The notes under the pieces are model-generated. The model ran no database searches, had not been told where the DNA came from, and saw only the letters and a list, made by a program, of their open reading frames with translations. The translations under genes and the position numbers were made by a program. This document shows positions 55,462 to 64,000 of a stretch of DNA of 64,000 bases, piece after piece; positions within the stretch are counted from its first letter, which is position 1; every line of letters starts with the position of its first letter. Source of the DNA: Chlorokybus atmophyticus (Eukaryota; Plantae; Mesostigma and Chlorokybus algae); assembly GCA_009103225.1 (NCBI GenBank), contig RHPI01000026.1:691103-755102 (forward strand), given 5' to 3'.

Positions 55462-57757
55462 CTAACCTTTGGTGAGAGCGAGTGCGGGCCACCAGCTCGA
55501 GAGGCAGGTATCCCTGAACCTCTCCATCCTCCTCATCCCAATGGGGACAAAGACATGCATTCGCGGTCCAGCAGTCCAACCCCATGCCAACAAGAAAGTT
55601 GAAGTCCTGTCCCAGTAGCAGGTCGAAGGATCCCGCAACGGTGACAACACACTTTTATATATCTCGGTGCTGTGGGAAGGGTCCAACCTTGTCAAGCGAA
55701 TGCAGAGGGCCTGCTTGGTGATGCCAATCACCTTGTCGTGGTTGCCGGTTGATGCGTCGAGCACGTATGGGCAGGGCACCAGCTCAGCGCTAGTAATGCC
55801 GCGGTTTCGTGCGAGGTAACGTCTGATGATGACAGGCTGGGCTTCAGAGTCCAGCATTATGCGCTTGGGTGCTCGACCGTTGATGGTAACTTTTTTGCCT
55901 TTGTTGGCGATCATGACTGCGTTGGCGTTGATGCGCAGACGCTTGAACCGTCGATAGCGTCTGCGTGGGGTAACTGCTGCTACAGTCTCCTTCGGTGGTG
56001 TCGAGCTCAGTGCGCCAACCACCCTTCGATCGGCTGGGTCTTGAGAACCTCCTTGTCTGCGGCCTGGCTCGAACCGTCTTGGTCTTGGCTATTGGTATAC
56101 TGGATGCGGCTTGGGTGCTAACGATGCTGCCTATGGCTGCCCTGGTTGTGGCACAGGGGGATTGCGCCTCTGTGTGGCCGGGGTCATACCTGGTGGCGTG
56201 GCCAATAGCTGTGGGGGAAACCCTGGGAGACCGGGCGTTTGTAGGCCCGCCTCCCGTTCAGCTTGTTCTTTCACATAAGTCCAGCGTACAACATGAGCCG
56301 CCTCCTTGACCAATGTACCTTCGCATGTGGCTGTTGGATTGTTGACCACATCACCCCAGCAATGGTACTGAGGCATGGGCTGAAGATACACTGCGCGCAA
56401 GAGCCGCGCTCTTATGTCGTGGGTGATGGTGGGAACCCTTAGGATCCCTGTCATGTAGGCATCCCAACTGCCATTGACCACCCCCACTTCTAGCACCGTT
56501 GTTGCTCGTGCACACACAGTGAGGTAAATCATTGGCTGTTGGACATGCTGCTCATAAGCAGCTGCGATGCGTCTGTGTTGTCACGCTGCTTCAACTCCTG
56601 GCAACCTCAGTATGGCCTCTTGAGCTCCTTTTAAAGTGTCAGTAGCTGCCGAGGCCACCTCATCATAGGCTTGCCATAGCGAGCGAAGGAAGGCGTCCAG
56701 CCATGACAATCAAGTGCCAAATGCGAACAAAGGCACTGCGGGGGGATTCGTGACTAGCCAAGTCACTAGTCTCGCTCGCGCTGTATTGCCACCTTCTCGC
56801 ATCCTCTTAATTAGTCTCATCTCAGCCGATGATTTTTGTTGATGTAGCATGGTTGCTTGTCGCAACAGGGCAGTGCGAACTTGCTGTTCGCCAACTAGGC
56901 ATGCTCCATCCCGCTGTACACCCTTGTGGTGTAAGGTAGCCTCTCTCTGGATCTCATTGATCGTCAGGCAAATCTCCACCAAGGCGAGTAGCAGCGGGGC
57001 GATCACCCCCCTGGTTTGTTGGGCCATCGCCCTCACCTAGTCAATGTCAGTCTCAACGGCGAGAGGTGTTGTGCTGGACAATGGGCCAGCGATTGTTGGT
57101 TAAGAAAGGGAACCGCGAGCAATGGCAAGGGCTTGCGCTCGTGCGTTAATGGCTGCAGTTTAATCTTGCCGTCAAGGTGAACGCTTGTTCCAGAGCGGCG
57201 TAGCGCTTGTGAAGCCGAGGAGTAGTGAGGGTCCTTAGTGCTTCGTCGGTACGCAAAGGCATGTCAGCTGCATCGCTGATGTGCTGCAGCACATTGGGTT
57301 GCAAATTTCGATATATGTCCAATCACGACCGTCTTGGTCTCAATCTCTGCAGGGGTCAGGTCAATAATCACCAATTCAGGCTCCTCTTCCTCTGCCCTTT
57401 TGATGGCTGCAGCTATGGACAAGCCGGCGACTGCAGCTGGAGTAGCAGGTGGAGCGACGGCTGCCGGACTGTGCACTGACGCAGATGCTATGGTGCTGGC
57501 AAGCTCGCAATAGCCATCAACTCGATGCAATTTAACAACAGACTTCCAGACATGGTATGCTTCATGGTCCAGATACTGAGCAGCAATGTGGAAAGATTTC
57601 TCATCTGACCAGTTTTGTTCTTCAGAGCTTGCTGTCGCATCTTGGAATGCAACTTCATGATGAATTCGTCCTGAGAGGTAGTGCCAGCACGACCGGAGAA
57701 ACGCAGGGATGTGGTTGAGCTAGAAGCCTCCATCTCGTAGTTGTCGCTGGCGGACAA
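55462..57757 (-). pseudogene. Gypsy gag and aspartic protease remnants
   Basis: Protease-like RIMLDSEAQPVII. Gag-like segments start MSASDNYE...LRFSGRAG. Disrupted by stops and frameshifts, so domain boundaries are approximate. Confidence 0.65.
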
Positions 57758-60388
57758 TAGCAGGGTTGCTCGATGGCGAGGAGTAGACCAGAACGGAGTG
57801 AAGCCGCAGACAGAATGCGAGACTCTACAACTGCGTTCGCTGCTCCCGTCGCTGGTCCGCTCGTAGGTGGGATTGGTGGTTGGGCTCCAGCTGTTGAGGT
57901 CACCCTCGTCTATTGGAGAGAACGGTGGGCCTGCTCATACAGCTAGTCTACAGGGGAAGTGTATGCAGTGTAGAGTGTTTGTGCTCCTCTGTCTGTCTTG
58001 ATGCTGCTACCACTCACCACACTAGTGCTTGTGTGCGCACTAAGTGATGACAGTGATAACGAATGCACAGAGCTGTATCCATAGATACAGACTACACTAT
58101 TTGATGCAGAATGTGACGCACTCCCTTTGAGCAAAAAGGGTAACATTGTGTATAAACAAGCCACTACAATAGGTAGTGTTGTATACTCAGTTCTGTGCAT
58201 GAGTGGACGATGTGATACACGGTTAAGTGAGGTGAATGAACAAGCAACTCAGAGATGCTATGTCCTGACTGATGCAGCAAACACACCACCGTCAAGCTCA
58301 CAGCAATGGCAAGCATAGCGCACAAGAGCACACACTGTGTCTCACGCAATAAGGCAGTGCTTGGCAACCGTGACGGTGTGCTTTCAGTTCAAGTCGCTTC
58401 ACAAGCTCTTAAAGTCGGAGTCTCTACTCTTAGTACTCACTCACAGTGTCACCAGCGAGTCTAGTGAGAAGACTTCCTACTTATACTTGGTGTTCCGTTA
58501 GTGTTCCATAGTAGCATGTTTGTATGCTACTACGAAAATCCACCAAGACTTAATATAGCACATGAGCTGATAACAGATTCCTACCGGATCAGCTACGCGC
58601 GGTTCCTACGGAGAGGTCTGTGGAATAGCCCTAGCTACATGCTACATGAAGTACGAAGTAGCTAGCAGTAGGCTGGCGCGCGCGCGGTCTTCATGCTGGT
58701 AGCCGGGCTTGGGGCTGGATGTATGCATGCTCGAGGAGGACTGGCATGCGAGGGTAGTTGGCATGACAAGTTGCATCTAGGCGAACCCTCAGCCGAAGCC
58801 AGCCTGTCCTTTCCGCTCCTCCCTGAGAGACATGCGTGCTTCATAATATAACTGGTGACCGAGCAGATTCAACCCACCACCCCGCAGCGCCATTGTGCAA
58901 ATGGATATGTGCTTATTTTATTGAATGTATGCGTAAGCAAATTGCGAACAACTCAACAAACCTAGCTTGCTTATGCGCTTCCTCTTCCTCATTATCCATA
59001 AAACAACATCGTGCAAGCAAACCAGTTTGTTGTTTTCATATCCCATAGCATCCCTAAAAGCCTCGAACACAAGCTCTGTCAATCAGACTGAAGGCGAGCG
59101 TCAGCAGAAGTACTAAGAGATCAGCCATCGCCTGCTCTGCCGTCGACGCTTGATGACCTCATAGCAACTGGCCTTTGCTGCTTTCTAACGAAGCAGAAGT
59201 TATGTGGTGGCACGGCTTGAAACGCAAATCATACCTGAGAAGGTAAGCGCATGCATACCTCAAGCTGCTGCTTGGCTGACGCAACCCTGTCATCTACAAG
59301 CTTCTTCGGTTTCCATCTGGCACTCGTGCTTGCGCGCCTTTTTGAACGTTGTGCAACCACTTGCTGCACACAACGATACCACAGTGTAGCCACACATGCG
59401 CTATTGACAATAGTGGTGCACAACGTAGTTATGTATCTATGTGGTAAAGGACACACCATGCCCTGACTTTATCGCTTTTGGACGCATCACCATCGTGCTA
59501 TAATGCAACAGTGTCAACAACTGTAGCCCCTCCCACCTCCTGTGTCACTCCTGGACCACAGTTGCTAAAGGGATTGAACACGTTGCACAAACAGCAATAT
59601 GTGCGCGTCGTGCTGCAGCGGTGAATGGTGCGAGTAATGCTGCGTTGGTCGCGACTTTTTGGTGTGTTGAGCAGAACCAACGGACAGTGCTGTCGTTAAT
59701 GCCGCTAGAGTACGGCGCTTTTGGGACGTGGAAGTTTCTTAAAGGAGGCATCAGAGCTTGACAAACAACATCTTTGGTTTGCGACGATTAACACGTACAG
59801 GCGCACGTGCACACCCTTGTGCACGCATTTAGAATGGAACTCCAAGCAAGTGTCCATTAACTTTATTGCTTTGCAAGTAATAAATGACGCTCATTTGCAC
59901 ATTTGTAGTTGGTAAAAAGTTAGTTGCATGCCGCCAGCCTTGCATGTGTTACGCTGTGTACAAGATGATGCAAAAAGCAGCTTTTGCCGCTTGCGTGCAA
60001 CATGCAGCTTGTGATAGCATGGCGTCACAAATATGGTGCCAATTGTTGTCGACAGCATGCAGCGCACAACCTGCTTGCACGCTTATTTGAAGGACGGCTC
60101 ATTCGTACACACCAGTTATTGGTCAAGACAACTGCGCAGTCTGCACACTCCTTTGCAGTAGTGGTAACCCAATAGGCAGTACTATATTTAAAAACTGCAT
60201 GTACATTGGCAACGACTGTACTTGTCCTGCACAGAACTTGCCACGCGCACAAGGTTTGCAAGCCTACATGTGTGCGGGCACGCGTGTGCATATTCAAGTG
60301 TCTGTGTACATGTGAACATGAGCCACTCCATGCGCGCATGTGTGTGTGCGACATATTACGAGCATGAAGTGCATGTTGTGTTGTGATG

Positions 60389-62121
60389 ATACCGACTCGG
60401 TCATTAAGTGCATGCAACCAGAGAGCTACTGGGGCCACATCAACCCTGTAGGTATCCACGTGCTCTTGCATCCATGAGCATGCATTCATAAGCATGTATT
60501 TTCACACAACCACATGATTGTCGTGCACGCACGTGTGTGCCTGTGCACAACTATGTGTGCATGTGTTGTTGCCTTCATGTGTTCATGCACTTCCGCATGT
60601 GCGAGCGTGCATGCATGCATACGCATGTATGTCTGTACAATTGTGGTTTGTGCCATTTTAAGGTGTAAGGAGTGGTCGCGCCAAAGGCAAGCGCATTGCC
60701 GAGACTCTCAGATTCGACTACCACTACCAACGCAATGTAGGTCAGTGAAGCCAACCCAACCCTCACGCACATCACCCGTTCCTACAAGCATGTGTTGCCA
60801 CATCATCATGAAGTTCATATGCCTAATCTCTTGGTATGTGGCATAGTGACGACAAATATTAAAATGGCCCGCATCTTCAACACGTACGGCCCGCGCATGC
60901 ACATCTCGGATGGCCGCGTTGTTAGCAACTTTGTCTGCCAGGCTCTGAGGTAGATTGATACCATTCCTTGATTACATCACCGCTAGTTTATGTCGTTAGT
61001 CGTTGTTTTGTCCCCTGTTTTTTCGCGCGTGCGATGGTCACGAGACACATGTGTGTGTTTGCTGTACCTCAGAGGGGAGCCCATGACTGTGTATAAGCCC
61101 GGGACGCAAACGCGCAGCTTCTGCTATTTATCTATGTAATATGTAATATGCATGTAATATGCATGCGCGCAGGTGCGGTTTTCAATGTGCTCCTTGTGCT
61201 CCACTGAAGTGCTAGTCCACGCTGTATGCAACTACTCTTCATGTGGGTTCATGCAACGCGTGTTTTATTTCTGCTCCTTACACCAATGCAATTGTGGCGG
61301 GGCCAGGTTGAGGGCCTCAGGTTGATGAAGAGCGACGAGATCGGTCCCGTCAACCTCGGCAATCCAGGTGTAAAAACACTCGCCGCACTGAATGCCGCAT
61401 TGTTTTTGATTCACTTACAGCACAGTCCAACCAGAGTCCGGAGCTTTTGTTCATGTGTTGCGCTTGCGCACAAATACCCCATGCCAATGTGCGAGCGGGT
61501 TTCTTGCGTGTTTTTCTTCAGGAGAGTTCACCATCAACGAGCTGGCGAGCCTGGTCAAGGAGGTGACTAATGTGGTGGTCTCGCTGCCATGAAATCAGTG
61601 TGATGTGTAGCACTTGGCACTCGAACACGCTTCAAATTCAACGCATGTGCAGCCAGTACCAACACGTGTTTGTGTGCGGTGTTGGCAGCTTGTGGAACCC
61701 AACGCAACGGTTGAAGTCAAGGAGAACACGCCGGACAATCCGATGCAGCGCAAGCCCGACATATCCAAAGCCAAAACAGCCCTCGGCTAGGAACCGATGG
61801 TGCGTTTCCAGTTGCGCGTGGGTTGGTGTGCGCGTGCGCGTGCACATGTGCGCGTGCACGCTTGCGTGTGTGAGTGCATGCATGCATGCATGTTCAGATG
61901 TGTGTGTGCACCCCATTCCACAACGGTATCTAGTTGTAACCGGACTTGTATCCATGTTGTGGGCACTGGAGGAGGGTGCATGTAGCCAAGCCTAGTTCAA
62001 CCTCTGCTTGTTGGTCACTTAGTGTTGAACGTGTGTGGCATTGCGACTCCAGGTGCCTCTGCGAGGAGGACTTGTGCGAATGGCTGATGAGTTCAGGGAG
62101 CGGCTCGACTTGACAAAGTGA
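60389..62121 (+). pseudogene. UXS: Duplicated 3' half of UXS (introns retained), inactivated
   Basis: Colinear with about 35050-36715; shared 3' flank runs to about 62510 vs 37090. TGG to TAG at 61788-61790, first acceptor cag changed to taa, and the CYVSDL exon end and donor are replaced by tatgtaata repeats. Confidence 0.92.
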
Positions 62122-62605
62122 GCGCGCTTGCGCAAGGTTGTAGCACACGAACATGTACCCCGTGAACACGTGCACATCACACATTGGCAACAAGTGTGAT
62201 TAACAAAGTTGGCGAGCGTGTGCATCTTATGAACAGGGCTTGAACACGTCAACCATGATTGTCCTGCCCTTCAGCGTGTGTGTTTTACCTTTAATGTATC
62301 TTGTCTTGTCTTGTTAAGTTATGTAACTTGTCTTGCACCTGCTATTACCTTTTATAACACAATGCGGTGGCTGGAATTTGATGGAAGATGTTGTGCAGGT
62401 AGCTGGGCATCGCGTTTTGCTGATTGGAAAAGAGCAGCGATCGGTACTCACCGCATAGCGATGACGTGAATTCCAATGTGGACTGGAAGCTTGCATCATC
62501 GCAGTACATCTGTGCATTCGTTGGGTTGAGTTGGATGAACTTGTAGCACTGTTTGCCGTTTCACGTGCTCATTCGTGCTGATGTTAATAACAGTATCGTA
62601 TACTG

Positions 62606-62643
62606 TTTACTTATGACCAGTTGATCAACTGGTCATAAGTAAA
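62606..62643. repeat. Perfect 38-bp palindrome
   Basis: tttacttatgaccagttga|tcaactggtcataagtaaa. Confidence 0.95.
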
Positions 62644-62663
62644 TTTACTTAACAGTAAATTTA

Positions 62664-64000
62664 CACTACAAACTTCCCCCCTATTGTAGATATCTATGAT
62701 ATCATTGGTGTGTGGATAAAGTAATGATTTGCGTCTATAACCACATCCAAGGGAGAGGGCATGTATACAATATCCACAAATATGTTGATAATGTTGATGT
62801 GGTTATGGGCGTGTGACCGAACACAGCTCGATGTTGGACCTCATGACCCATGCAAATGTAAACATCATAGATAAATCTGGGTTGCTAGATTTACATTGAT
62901 TTTATCAATAAGATTAAAGGCATTTAATTAATTCCTCTCACACCACGAGACAGGCAGCCCGCGTTCACATCTACTTTATAGACCACAATATAATCTGCCC
63001 ATATTAACATTGATATTGTCTGCAATGTTATGGAACTGACATCTTACGATCTCATCACGATGACTATCAGCAGCAGTCAACCGTATCTACTTTATAGACA
63101 TCAGTATAGCCGTCCTTCATTGTATTGACATCATCCATCTATGCATTGAGTTGGCACTTGACAACCCCTTTGTCATAACAGCACCAGCCAATACTATCAT
63201 CTATAATGTAGTTAAACATATAGCATCTGCTGCGCTGCTTGGCCTATATCCTCTACTCCTCTTCCTCACTTTGAACCTCGTCGGCGGCGTCACTTGCGTT
63301 CCGCCCCTTCGAACACAAACCACGCCCTTCTTCTAGCATCGACGCCCGCAGCTCCCTACAATAGCTCACATCTGCTTCTTGCGTGAAGCCGTCGGATACA
63401 GGTGCACGGAGCGATGCCGTCATTGCTGCACTTCTTGCGTTTTCCTTCTCGAGGACAATAAGACGGCTGCGGTGAGCTGGATCTGGTACAAAGAACACCT
63501 GGCCCATTATACGGCCGGGCTCATTAAAGGGCTCATGCTTGGTGAACGTGTTTTTGTCCACCCAAAAGCAGCCAGTTGCTATTGTTGCAGGCCTTTGCTC
63601 CTTGTTGAATTGCTTCTTATACCACTTCACTTTGCAAATGTGCACCTGCACGCAAGAACTTGATTACATATTGCCATACTTTTTGATCGCACGGACAGCA
63701 TACATTCAGTAATGTTTGGAAACACAACACACATTGAACGCACCGACGTCGTCAAAGAGCGGATCTCCAGTATTTTATCCAAGATTCCCCAGTAGGGGAG
63801 CGTTGCCGTAATTGTTGTCTTGTCGCCTTTCCAACTCCTAAAGTCTGATGTAAACGCAGGCTCAACGCCAGCATCACTCGTGACCTTGCCCTTGTCCGAC
63901 TCCGCGAGTCGGTAATGCCGCCCCTCGATTTTCATGTGTTTGTAGCATCTAGCTTGAGGTGAGCAGCCCAGGAACAGCTCTCGTAGTCGAAAGCCAGCGT
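62664..64000 (-). mobile_element. 3' part of a CACTA/EnSpm DNA transposon, running off the window
   Basis: Transposase C-terminus at 63253-64000. Candidate terminus CACTACAAAC at 62664. AT-rich subterminal region with atctactttatagac twice. The terminus assignment is tentative. Confidence 0.6.
63253..63935 (-). CDS. CACTA transposase C-terminal region (DUF4216-like), with a 98-bp intron at 63646-63743
   Basis: KVTSDAGVE...LPYWGILDKILEI...|VHICKVKWY...EPF...GQVFFVPDP...LIVLE matches the EnSpm pattern YYG.L..I.E...CxW...EPF.L..Q..QVFYV.DP. The GT-AG intron restores the frame. Confidence 0.75.

Larger units (their letters stand above)
41960..58768 (-). mobile_element. Decayed Ty3/gypsy-type retroelement with split direct repeats, carrying DNMT and PHD domains (16.8 kb including nested insertions)
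   Basis: Gypsy domain order on minus: gag, protease, DNMT, RT, RNase H, integrase, PHD. Terminal blocks on plus: A 41960-42197, B 42198-42836, A' 42839-43071, B' 58164-58768. Outer ends are TGTCGTG...CATGACA. Many stops and frameshifts. Confidence 0.9.

Noticed and set aside
41960-58768. DIRS/Ngaro/PAT classification of the large element
   Set aside because: The ends resemble those groups, but the encoded integrase is an rve DDE type in gypsy order and no tyrosine recombinase motifs were recognised.
58769-58786. taggc after the right end as a TSD matching the left flank
   Set aside because: It lies 9 bp from the terminus; probably chance.
58850-60370. Exon-like fragments between the gypsy element and the UXS pseudogene
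   Set aside because: Short, stop-interrupted and unassignable to any family by eye.

Overview
Intron-rich eukaryotic nuclear DNA with GT/CA-microsatellite-rich introns. The gene content (gamma-tocopherol methyltransferase, RBL10-like rhomboid, LRR-containing TTLL12, UDP-xylose synthase) points to a green alga, probably a streptophyte alga (inference). The left 40 kb holds ordinary spliced genes, a secreted beta-helix-like protein, a Zn-finger/coiled-coil gene with a 1.9-kb (CT)n intron, an intact 508-bp TRIM, a 129-bp tandem array next to a tRNA-like head, and a Crinkler/RHS-like REase plus fungal-type kinase gene. The right 24 kb is dominated by one decayed 16.8-kb Ty3/gypsy-type element (41960-58768, minus strand). 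It encodes gag, protease, a C5 cytosine methyltransferase, RT, RNase H, a DDE integrase and a PHD finger. Its ends are not ordinary paired LTRs: they form split direct repeats (b-ORFs-a-b-a) with a palindromic CA-gc-TG junction, no TSD and no recognisable tRNA PBS. This is the most unusual structure in the window. Two Copia elements and a solo LTR are nested inside it. A pseudogenised 3' copy of the UXS gene and the end of a CACTA transposase close the window. All exon structures and domain calls were read by eye; no alignments or database searches were run.
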